Source: Adineta vaga (lineage: Eukaryota; Animalia; Rotifera). From it: 64,000 nucleotides of DNA. Every line of letters starts with the position of its first letter. Position 1 is the first letter of the stretch. The notes under the pieces were generated by a model. That model was not told the DNA's origin and made no database searches. It worked only from the letters and a program-made list of their open reading frames with translations. This document shows, piece after piece, positions 37,926 to 49,769 of the stretch. The DNA lies in NCBI GenBank assembly GCA_021613535.1, contig CP075494.1, forward strand, positions 4,464,001 through 4,528,000, in the 5' to 3' direction. A program made the position numbers and the translations under genes.

Positions 37926-39828
37926 TTAAATACGACAAATACTCTCCGAATCAGATGTTTCTATACCAGAAATGATCTGAAAATAACATTTTTATATCAT
38001 CCAAGGAGAAAAAATATAAAGTTCGAAAACATAGCATTGGTCAATTGGAAGTACGTTATTTTCGTACTTACGCGTACTAAAACAACATCAAAGCATTCTC
38101 TTTAGCACTTACACTGATAAGCTTTTTTCAAGGAGTATCTTTTTCCATATCTGCCTAACGAAACTAGGTTAGTTTTTATATTAATACGTATAGTTGTCCA
38201 ACTTTTCTTACCTTTTTGCTTTTGCTATTTATCTTATCAATATTAACAATTAAAAGAAGGAATGCACAATCAGTTGTTCGTTCTTTGTCATTTATTTGCA
38301 TCGTGCTTTAAGATGACAAATGCAAAACACGTTGTCATTGATAATAAGCACTATCTATGAATATGTCCACCTTTTCGTAACGTTATAGTATTGCATCAAT
38401 ATCATATCGATGCGAGAATATGTGAAAGTACTATAAGTGCATAAACAAGAATATATTCTAACGTAATTTCTAAATAATTAAATCTGATACGTTTTCTTGA
38501 TCACGCATGGCAAACCGAGTGTATAAAATGTCAACAATAAATACATAAGGCAATGAACACTATCTTTTTTCCAGTAGACACAACCTAATGAGAACAGTTA
38601 GAAATTAATCGTTTCTTTCAAGAATTCGATCAGAATGAAACTGGCTACATCAGTAAAGATGTAATAAAAAATCAAAAGATACAAAAATAGAAATGAACGA
38701 ATGAGCTATGCTGAATATAAAAACAACTATCAATTGTATATTCGAAGAGAATTTGCTTCAATTAGTTTCAATAATCAAAATTATGAAAGGACAACGTAAA
38801 ATCTCGATGAGAATTTTCTTCCACCGACGATATTCCAAGCACAAAATATAGTTTTTGTAAGAGTTTAACATAAAAAGAAGTCCGTAATATTTACGAATCC
38901 ATAAAAAAATTACTCGGTCTGTCATTAGCATGAAGCATCTTTTAGACTGCCCTGCGGCATGACTATATTCCACTATTATACCTCTGTGCCCAAGGGTTGT
39001 CGATCCGTCATTTTCGCTCCATTCCCCCTTTGATGATCCCCTCAGCATAACAGATTGAATCAAGCGACAGAATGACTATAATATTTCCAAAGTATGTTTT
39101 GAACATGGATACACAACGATTCAATTAGAATGATATCCTTGGATAGTGAATACTTTGTTTGCATCAATCGAAGGAGAAGCAATGCGGAACATGTTCAATA
39201 TGAATATGCCCGTATTCTTTAACACGTCATCAATATCTTGACAATGGATTCTCTAATATGTGTAGAAAAACAACCTCATAGCTAGACCATCTGCCAACTC
39301 CAGAAGAAGCGAATACTTATATCATTGCATATGCCAATAAACATAACCAAAAAGAAGAGTTGATACTTTACAACGATAACGTTCTCACATATTCGAAAGA
39401 TATTGGGAAGACTTTTTCTTCACCAGCACTAGACACACATTATGTCATCTTGAGCAAGAATGTAGCTGCCTTCATTTCCTCGCTCACTTGATCCAGCCGT
39501 TCTTCAAAAGTTAGTTTAACTCATACACAAATTTTTCTAGACAATAATTGTTCAATCAATTACTAACTAGTTTTGATATTTCTGGTATTTGTTCATTCAG
39601 AAACTTCTAAAGTTGACTTATAAAATATTCAGTTTTTATCTTTCATGATTCGAAGTAAATCGATTGTCTTTTTTCCTCTATATCTCTATCTGTATATTTC
39701 TTTGCTCATTCTGTCCGTTATATGTCGAAAGAAATTTTCTATTCGACGACGTGTAAGTGCATTTCTTTTTCATTTCTATGAATTAATAGTATGACCATTC
39801 GATTTGTTAAATTGTTTTTTTTCTTACA

Positions 39829-41788
39829 ATGAAACGACAGAAACAAGATACGTTTAACGATTATAATAATAATAACAAGAAAAGACAAAAATCAAACAGT
39901 AAAAATCAGATTTGAATTTTTTTACAATATTATTATCTTTTGTTTTTTTAGTAACCACAATTGTTTTTTCTAGTTTAACAAGAGAATGTATTACCACTCT
40001 TGAAGATCTTTCAAACGAACTTATTTATGATATATTTGATTATCTTCTCGATCATCATGCATTTCAAGCCTTTTATAATCTCAACATTCGATTTCAAAAC
40101 CTTTTTCTTAATTCAACTTTTCCAATTAAAATCAATATTTCATTCATATCCAAACCGAATTTACAACATTATTTCACACATATCATTAAACCATGTACTA
40201 ATCGAATTGAATACTTTCAACTATCGAATTCATGTATTGATCCATGTTCATTACTTTTTTCAATAATGAAAAATCTTACTCAACTATCCACACTTATTCT
40301 AAATCATATTGAAGCCAATTATATTGAATCAATGCTAAATCATTTATTATCTTTACCCAGTTTATCTTCATTAACTATCGTATCGATTGATAATATTATT
40401 GATAAAAATAATATCTATTATAAATTACTTCGTTTATTAAAATTGAAATATTGTCAACTATGTATTGAACTTTTACAATGTCCAAAATCATTCCTTGTTC
40501 CTATAAATGAATTTAGTACAATAGAATATTTTTTTATTAATCATGAGATTTCAATCGATCAACTTTTCATTTTATTATCGTATGTTCCACAATTACGTCG
40601 TTTATCTCTTGGCAATCTACGAGAATCGAAAGTTAATCAAATAGGAAAACATTCCATCAACTTAAATCATTTAACAAATGTTTCTCTTAAATTAGATCGT
40701 GTTCCTTTTCATGAATTAGAAATTTTAGTGAGGTATTGTTTTCATCAAGTTCAAGTTTTAACTATTAAAATACAATTTATTGGATTTCGTCATGATGATC
40801 GAGGATATATCGATGCTGATCGATGGCAACTGTTAATTTCAACTCATATATTAAACTTGCGTATTTTTGATTTTCAACTTTCATATCGTGGATTGGATTT
40901 TAGCAATGAACGTCAAGCCTTCGAAATTCTTATCAATAAATTTAATTCTAAATTTTGGACAGAACATCAATGGTTCTTTGATCATCATCATCATGATGTA
41001 GGATGGTCAAAAGCGGCTGTCTTCTATTCGAGAAATCCATATAAGTAAATATTTATATCTTTCTTAAATATTCATTTTTGTTTTCTTTTTTCAGAAGAAA
41101 AGATTACGTTTTGAACTTTGAACTGACTGCAACTATCTGGTCAACTCGTTTTGATATTAATGAAGATCCCATTCATCATATTTGTATTCATAACACAGAT
41201 ATGATCAAAAAATCGGCTGGTAAATTTCTCAAAGCAACTAAACTTACACTTTGTGAAACATTTGAAGTACCTCGTGATTCGATTGTAATGGATTTAAACC
41301 ATTTTCTTCCATTGAAACAACTTACTCAACTATTCATTGACTGTCATCATTTCTCTTTTGTACAATTGATTGAACTTTTACAATTTACATCGAATGTTCA
41401 TACATTAAAGCTTGATTCTATTGTACTTTATCGAATGAAATCCAATTCAATTCAACAAACTGATTTATCTCAATTAATAGCTAAAACAAATATTATAAGA
41501 AAAGTAACAATTGTTAAAGAAATTGCATTAGAAAAACTTCAGTTAGTAGTTGCTGTTTTCCCACGAATAGAATATCTTACTATTAATCTATTCAAACAAG
41601 ATTTGCCATCGATAGGTCAATTTTTATTGTCCAAATCAAATAATAATACTCGTTATTTATCTTTACTATGTATTTCAAAACAACGTCATGATTTAATGTT
41701 AACAATGAAAAAATTGATTCAATCAAAAAAACTTCTTCGTGATTATATTCTCAAAGTTATTAATCGAAAATTGTATTTATTATGGTAA
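39829..41788 (+). CDS. F-box (bdelloid-type) protein, 3 exons (introns 39899-39951, 41045-41094)
   Basis: LEDLSNELIYDIFDYL F-box, LRR-like segments, IDADRWQLLI...LRIFDFQ, and FWTEHQWFF. Splice phases are consistent. Confidence 0.85.
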
Positions 41789-42454
41789 ACTTTAGTTATT
41801 AAACTTATATATTGATTTTGAATAAATGTGAAATATTTTGATCGATAATTGTCGGTCGAAAATAACTTAATCAAAAGAAGTATATATATATATAAATTTC
41901 CCTGAAAAACCTTATGATTTAACTTACCAGAAAATATAAATCAGAGCACACGGATATCTTTATAGAATGATTGGTCGGTATTTGAGAAAAGAAAAGGAAT
42001 ACTTATATGATCATTTGATATTACTATAAGACGGCAAAGTGATGTTAAATTCAGAATACTCACAAGATAATGTGATATTTAACATTGATATTATTTCCAA
42101 TAGTATCTGTCAAACAAGAAAGATTAATTCAATATAGATTGTTATCTGCCAATCTATGTATATTAACGACATTATAGAATGCATTTTTGATATAATAAAA
42201 GTTAATATTTCGACGTTAAATATTATTTGTATTGAATGAACTGGTTATATGGTAGATATCTATTCACATTTGTATAAATAATCGTACCTTAACGATGCAC
42301 TCTATACCCAACATAGATGCTTTTTTCATCTCTTTCTATTTCGATGAGTAATTCAGTATTTCTTTTCAAGGCAAAGAGGTCACTGCGTGTATTTCGTTTA
42401 TTTTTGTATATAAACTACGTTATTCGATAGCGATACATTATTCTCAACAACATA

Positions 42455-42958
42455 ATGATACCTCAAACATCAGAACGAGTTGAATCGGCGACATCTTCAT
42501 GTTCAAATAAGAAAATTTATAATGCAACTATTGAAAGATTATCAAAAATTCTTCAAACTCCATCTGATCAACGTTCATTTGCAATTGAAGATCGTTTAAA
42601 AGAATTAAATAAGGAATGGGATATGGAACGTCTATTAGAATTTAATGCATCAACATTATTAGTTGTTTCTATCGTATTAGGATATTTCCATTGTCAATGT
42701 TGGTTACTATTGTCATTTGCTATTGCCGCTTTTCTATGGCAACATGCAGTACAAGGATGGTGTCCACCAGTTCCAATTTTTCGAGGAATTATTGGTCAAA
42801 GAACAAGTGTAGAAATTCTTTCGGAAAAAGTTGCATTAAAAATTTTACGAGGGGATTATCAATCAATTAATCCAAAAACATTTGAACAAGAGCAAAATGC
42901 TAAACAATTGTTAGCTTTAGCTGATCTTCATTGTTTTAATGATAGAAAAAGCGAATAA
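42455..42958 (+). CDS. DUF2892/YgaP-like small membrane protein, bacterial type, intronless
   Basis: RLKELNKEWDMERLLEFNAS...FLWQHAVQGWCPPVPIFR...RTSVEI...ALKILRGD closely matches a bacterial family as recalled. Confidence 0.8.
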   Translation: MIPQTSERVESATSSCSNKKIYNATIERLSKILQTPSDQRSFAIEDRLKELNKEWDMERLLEFNASTLLVVSIVLGYFHCQCWLLLSFAIAAFLWQHAVQGWCPPVPIFRGIIGQRTSVEILSEKVALKILRGDYQSINPKTFEQEQNAKQLLALADLHCFNDRKSE

Positions 42959-42992
42959 AACTAGAAACGATATATATATAGACTCATTTTGA

Positions 42993-44595
42993 TTAAGAAT
43001 AAAAACCAAATAATGGATCTTGTTGTTTTTTCTTTCTTTGCCGTTTCGTTTTCATTGTTGTTGTTGTTACACCATTCTCTATGTCATTTGTTTTAACTTC
43101 AACTACCGCATTCTTACGTGCATAAACTTCAGCGAGAGTGGCTGATTCATGAATATCTTCACCATTACCAGGTATCCCAAGTTCAACACATAAACGACGA
43201 GCGTTTTCGATACTTAATTTATCAAATTTATGTTCAATCACAAGTCGTCCATCACGTAAAAGTGCAGGATCAATGCCTTTCATATCACAATTGAACGTAC
43301 AAATGATTTGTTGATGCATTACGTCACCAAGTAAACCATCAGACAGATTGAGTAGATTAGCAACAGCTTGATTGGCCAAACAAGTATCTTGTTGTCGATC
43401 ACGAATGATGTTTTCAGCGTCTTCAACAATGAGAATTGAATTGGGATGTCGCATCAAGAATGGAAGAAAACCAGGTTTTGTCATATCCTAAAACATGCAT
43501 AAAAATGCCAATATAAGATATTTGGTCGATCCACTTACTTTAACCATATCTGGTGGAACATAGATTAAACTTTTATCTTTGATTTCATTGATTAGATACC
43601 GAAGATAATATGTTTTTCCTGTTCCTGGTGGACCATGTAATAAAGTAATACCAGTTGAATCTTTTTCTTGAAGCGTTTCAATAAGTTCTTCATGGATCTC
43701 AGGAAAATCATCACCATAATGAAGTTTCAGATCAGCAATATGTGGTTTCTTCATTTGAATTGATGATGTATAAAAACCACGCCGTTCATCATGGCATACC
43801 ATTTGTAAACTTGCTTCTGTTACTGGATACAATTTAAATTTCGATAATTGTTCGAAAAGTTTTTGAGCTCGTTCAGTTGTTTGTGGTACATGAAAGATCT
43901 GGTTAAAAAAAAGACTTTAAACGAAAGTAAGAATTTCGCATAGATTCTTACTTCGATCGAATCAAAACAATTGAAAGTTTTATCTTCATAATCTGGTTCG
44001 AGATTATTTGCATTATCAATGTTAACAGAACTTGTAGTACCATTTGAAAATTGAACTAATGAGAATAGAACTTAAATTTTCAAAAGAAGAACAAAGCAAT
44101 ATTTACCTGAAAGATAATTTTCTAAGTCAATATAAAGTCTTGTCAGTTGAGATTGTTTAGTAGTTGCATCATAACTTGAATCATAAAGAAATGTGTCCCG
44201 ATTTACTTTGTATTCATTTACAAGAAAATCTATTACACTAAAATATTTCAGAGAATTGTATAACTCTTGCATCATATCATGTAAAAGTCGTTAAATTACC
44301 TTGTTGCATGATAAATACCAGGTGGTTTGGACTTTTTCGACAATGATCGATCACGATATACATTAGGATGAAAACTATTGTAGCCAGACATGAACATATT
44401 ATTGCTATCTGATTTTTCTCTCATTGTACAAGGAAGAACTCGATATTTTAATCCAAACTGTGTTGGTCCATAGATAAAACATCTCTGTTGATCTGTCAAT
44501 TCCAAGATCTGATCATTTGTAAATGGCTGATTTTCCAGTGCACCAGAATATTTTGTTGATAAAATAATAGAAAGAGTTTCTTCTTCGTTGCTCAT
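42993..44595 (-). CDS. Bacterial-type AAA+ ATPase, copy 2 (5 exons)
   Basis: Paralog of 32955-34571 with the same motifs and the same four intron positions. Confidence 0.88.
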
Positions 44596-45019
44596 GGTTG
44601 TAAATAAGAAAAATAAGTTGTTCTCGTAGTCGTCGAATGTGCAAGAATGAATTCTTTTCTTCATTTTTCTTCAACTATATATACCTACCTCATGCATTGT
44701 CGTCGAGAACATAAATGACTCATGTTTTTCACCAGTAAAATGTTTTTCTTGAAAATTACATCTTACACAAGTCGATGAAATAGAACATCTAATGAAAAAA
44801 ATTCGTATTGGGAAAAGCATTGAGCATTAAACATCACAATAATAGAATTTGATAGTTATTTACACATATACACACACCTACGAGAGGAAGACAAACATTG
44901 CGTCTTTTTTTTATTTATTTGCACGTGTTTTTATAGTTTTTTCTTTCTTTCTTTCTTTTTCGTTACTTGAATAACAAGGTTTTATTCATTTTATTTTATC
45001 TATCAGAAAATACATCATC

Positions 45020-47587
45020 ATGGTCGAAAATTCTATTGCTAAACCACATTATGAAATCAGTGATACCAAAAATACTCATCTATTAGATGAACGACGATTA
45101 GCAACATTCAATGTTGAAGAATTTACACAATTTATGTTTGGTCAATCAAATAACTATTATGAAATCAATGCTCGTCGTCAAATCAGTTTCGTACAAAAAA
45201 AAAAGGCTAAAATTATTTTAATCTTGATAATTGATTGTTTTTGTTTTTGTTTTCAGTTCGTCTAGCACTAGATCATCCTATTCATCGTGCACATTTACCG
45301 CATGAATATCTTACTGCTGATGAATATTATTCATTAATTCTTCGTAAAAGTCTTGTGGCCGTTGAAGAAGCAAATCGTTTGAATATAACCAATGCTAAAC
45401 ATCGTCAATGGTTCTTACATATATTTTCTAATGGACGATTTTTGTTTTACATTCATACAGTTATGTGTATCTATGCTATTGAAACGATGTCTAATGAAGA
45501 ACAGAAACGAATGTTTTTACCATTGGCACAATCGTATCGTATGATTACTGCCTATACTCAAACTGAACTTGGCCATGGAACAGATTTGAGACGATTAGAA
45601 ACCGAAGCTGTTTTTGATCGAAAAACGGATTCTTTTATATTGAATACACCAACATTAACAGCAACAAAATTCTGGCCTGGTGCATTAGCACGAACAGCAA
45701 ATTATGTACTTCTTATGGCACAATTATATACACCTGATCGTGATCATTCATGTGGAATACAAATGTTTTTAGTACAAATCCGAGATTTGAATACACATGA
45801 ATTATTACCAGGTTTGACTCTTTTCTTGTCTTGTATTATTAACAAGTCGACTGATGGTTTTATCTAGGAGTGGAAACTGGTTCAATTAGTACTCGATTTA
45901 ATGACTGCGCTGGTGATAATGGTTATCTTCGATTGACCGATGTACGCATTTCACGTACACATATGTTGATGAAAGCAGCTGAAGTAAATTTTAAAAGAAA
46001 ACAAAATGTGTTTGTTTGATAGACGTATTTTTTAGGTTGATAGAGGAGGTCATTTTCATCATCGTGGCGATGCTCGTATGTTGTATGGTGCAATGATTCA
46101 CATGCGTATTCATTTGAGTTATACATTTTCATTATCACTTGCACAAGCAGTGACAATTGCAATGCGTTATTCAGCTGTTCGATTGCAAGGATTAAATCCA
46201 CAAGGGTATGTTCAATATGATTACGAAAATAATCTTCATTCGTTTATTCTTGTATTAGAAAAGAAGTTCGAATACTTGATTATCCATTACAACAAGAAAA
46301 ATTAATTCCATGTTTAGCAACAACTTATGTTTTTCTTATGAGTTTTTTAACTTTGGATAATTATTGTAATCAATTGAGAACAAACGAAACAATTTTTCTT
46401 CAACAATTACCTGAAGTATGTTATATTCAATCATCTGTCTCATATATATCAGTTTTGTAATGTATTGTTTAGCTTCATGCTTTAGCTTCTGGTTTAAAAG
46501 CATATACATCATCTGTTGGTGAACGATTAAGTCAAATATGTCGTGTATCATGTGGTGGTCATGGTTTCTTAGTTGCCAGTGGTTTAGTTGGAATACGAAA
46601 TTTTCTTGATGGAGCATCAAGTGCTGAAGGCGATAATATTGTATTATACCAACAAACAGCAAGGTTTGATTGATATATACTCTTTTTCATTTCTATTTAT
46701 TTCAAATAGATACCTTCTAAAGATGATTCAACAAGTAGAAGAAGATAGTGAGAAAAATCTTGATCCATCTGTTGCTTATTTACGAGTGAAATTATGGTCT
46801 GGAAAAACGATTACAAATCTTGATGATTATTGTCATCTTTTCGAAAGTCGAGCACAATTGTAAGTATTAATATTCAATCTACTATTATTCGTTTTTGCTT
46901 TTCGTATCTAATGAACGTAGATTGGTAAAAGAAGCATTGGTAAACATGTTTGAATCATCATTATCTCCTTACGAAACATTTCTAAAGAATTCTATTCAAT
47001 TAGTACATGTAGCTAAGGTAAGAAAAAGAATCGATTGATTCTTTATATTCATCATTGATTTTAATTGTTTTCTAGGCTCATATGGAAACTTTTCTGTTAC
47101 GTTCATTCTATGAACAAGTGAATAAAACAGCTCAACATCCAACATTTTCATTAATTCTTGAACAACTTTTCTATGTTTTTGCAATCCATACATTATGTAA
47201 TCAAACGAAAGATTTTATTCGAGTATAAATCTGATTTTTTCTCTCTTCAATTTGACTTATCTTTGTTTTGTGTTCAGTTCAAACTGTTAACAATCGAACA
47301 AATTCATGAATTGGAAATTCGATTATTACCTGATTTATATGCTCGACTTCGTCCAAATCTTGTTTCATTGGTTGATGCATTCGATTTTCATGATGTTGAA
47401 CTCGAATCTTGTTTGGGACGATATGATGGACAAGTATATGAAGCTTTAATGGAACGTGCTCGACTTAATCCAGCTAATCGAGTTAAAGTAAAGCATTTTG
47501 ACTTGAAGAAGTGAAATTATATAGTCATTCTTGTAGGTTCCTCCTGTTTGGACAGCGATAAAACAAGAAACACTTTCTAAACTTTAG
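45020..47587 (+). CDS. Peroxisomal acyl-CoA oxidase (multi-exon)
   Basis: YTQTELGHGTDL, ETEAVFD, TLTATKFWPG, DNGYLRL, AVTIAMRYSAVRLQG, CGGHG, EGDNIVLYQQ and LVDAFDF...LGRYDGQVYE. The last exon ends in the PTS1 signal SKL-TAG. Confidence 0.93.
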
Positions 47588-48024
47588 ATTTGAATGAAAT
47601 GTTTCGTTTTTTTATGATGATTTATTGATTTTGTTTTTTTTTTCCCATTGATTTGATCACGAAGTAAAAAGTGTGGAATGATATAACAAAACCTTGATAG
47701 ATTAAAGCAATAAAATACTGATATAACGATGAAATTTCGGGGAAGCCTGTTTCAATGGATTTTGTCGTCGTACTTGACACACACCGTTGTTTTTTTGTTT
47801 TGATACAATTAAAAAAATCGAATAGTATACGACGTAAAATTTGAAATCTTATATTTCATATCTCTATGTAGGTGTTTCAATCATACCTTTCTTTTATTGT
47901 ATCTATTGATAGAATAAGGATTAATCTCACAAAATATAATTCTGCAGGATGACATGTGCAGCATTTCTATATAAAATCAGCAATCAAATCGTCATTTCAT
48001 TTTTTCTTGCAATCAATATCCAAT

Positions 48025-49100
48025 ATGGCTTCTAGCATCTTCGCTCTTCTTGGTTTGTGTTTAGTTTTTGCTGTCTATGGATTACCTGTAAGTTTCTGTT
48101 TCCATTTTGATGAGCATACATCAAATAATAAATGTTTATTTTTTATAGATTGATGTCGTAATCTCACCTACACTAGTCAATGGTAATGAAGAATCACAAA
48201 GAGGAATGAATCCAAAATTGACTGCTGGTGGTTTTGAAGGAGATATGATTTTTCCTGACGGTTTCGATCCAACTGATCCAGCACGTGGTGTAGCTATTTA
48301 TGGTGAACATCAATGGCCCAATGGTATTATTCCTTATGATATGTCTGCGATTACCGGTAAGGATGATCTTATTATATTTTCTCTTATATTGATTTCTTTT
48401 TGCTTTTGGAAAATTAGATCCTAAAGATCAAAAGAAGATCACAGATGCTATGAATACTCTTATGTATGCAGTTGGTACACCAACCACTAACCCTCAACAA
48501 CGTACTGCATGTATTTTCTTCCGTCCTCGACAAGCTGCTGATACAAAATTTATTAAAATTCAATATGGTAATGGATGCAGTGCTCATGTTGGTCATATAC
48601 CAAATTTTCAATCAACAGTAACATTACAAAAAAATGGTTGTTTCTATTCTGGTACAATTCAACATGAACTTATGCATGTCATTGGTATGATTTCATTTTT
48701 CTTTTCTTATATTCAATTCTTTATTGAATATACATCATAGGCTTTTATCACGAACAATCTCGACCTGATCGTGATGATTTCTTACAAATTAATCTTCAAA
48801 ATGTTCGATCGGATATGGTAAGTCATAATTAATTAATTCAATGTGTTTTTTTTCCACACTGTAATGATCTAATTTATAAAGACACATAACTTTAACAAAT
48901 ATGCATGGGGATCAACTGTATACAATCAAGGATCAGCTTATGATTATGCAAGTATTATGCATTATGAAACAACTGCTTTTAGTATGAACGGTAAACCAAC
49001 AATGGTTCCCCGTCGAGCTGGTGCTGTCATTGGTAAATCTGAAAATCTCAGTCCAACTGATATTGCTGAAGTTCGTCATTTCTATGGTTGCAAGGCGTAA
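48025..49100 (+). CDS. Astacin (M12A) zinc metalloprotease, secreted, multi-exon
   Basis: Signal peptide, pro-domain FEGDM, WPNGIIPY, spliced HELMHVIGFYHEQSRPDRD, and Met-turn SIMHY. Confidence 0.92.
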
Positions 49101-49769
49101 TCTGTGTGTTAATTGGTCTCCTGTTAGAAAAACATCAGAATTTTTCTTGTTTTTTGGTTATGTATAAGTTTTTATTGAAGAAATAAAACATACGAACTGT
49201 AACATATTTGCTCAATACTAATTATATCAAATATAAAAGTATATCTTCTTGAGAATGGAGTAATTCGAGAAAAACTCGCATTTATTTCACTCATATGCGA
49301 CAACAAAAATCAATTGATTCTATCTATAGTAATTGCATCACAGCTATATGTCCTCGTGACGCAGCATCAGATATACATAATCTTCCACAACTGACCTAGA
49401 TTCGATATTTTTTCTGTTGAAAACTTTGAAGTCGAATATAGTTAGACTCTTTTATGAAACGAAGACAAATCTAATGTACAGAAAAAATTATACATATGTA
49501 TGTTATACCTATCGTCAGTATGATGTAATACTACTTTATTTTCTTTTTATCTTTTCTGTCATATTTCAGAAAGGAAGTGAATGTTGTTTTTCTATCTTCA
49601 CGTCATGTAAAATACAACAAAATATCACGCTTAACTACACACAGTTTCATCCAGCGCTTGGTTAAGAATGTGCTTTTTTATATTACTATCTCTTGATTTT
49701 TTATTGTGGAGGGAAAAAACTAACTTCTATCATTAATATATAATAAACACGATTTCGTTTCAGATATCG

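Noticed and set aside
38758-39500. Slightly GC-richer stretch with ORF 38758-39063 considered as a transposon or innexin remnant
   Set aside because: No convincing transposase, RT or innexin motif; many stops.
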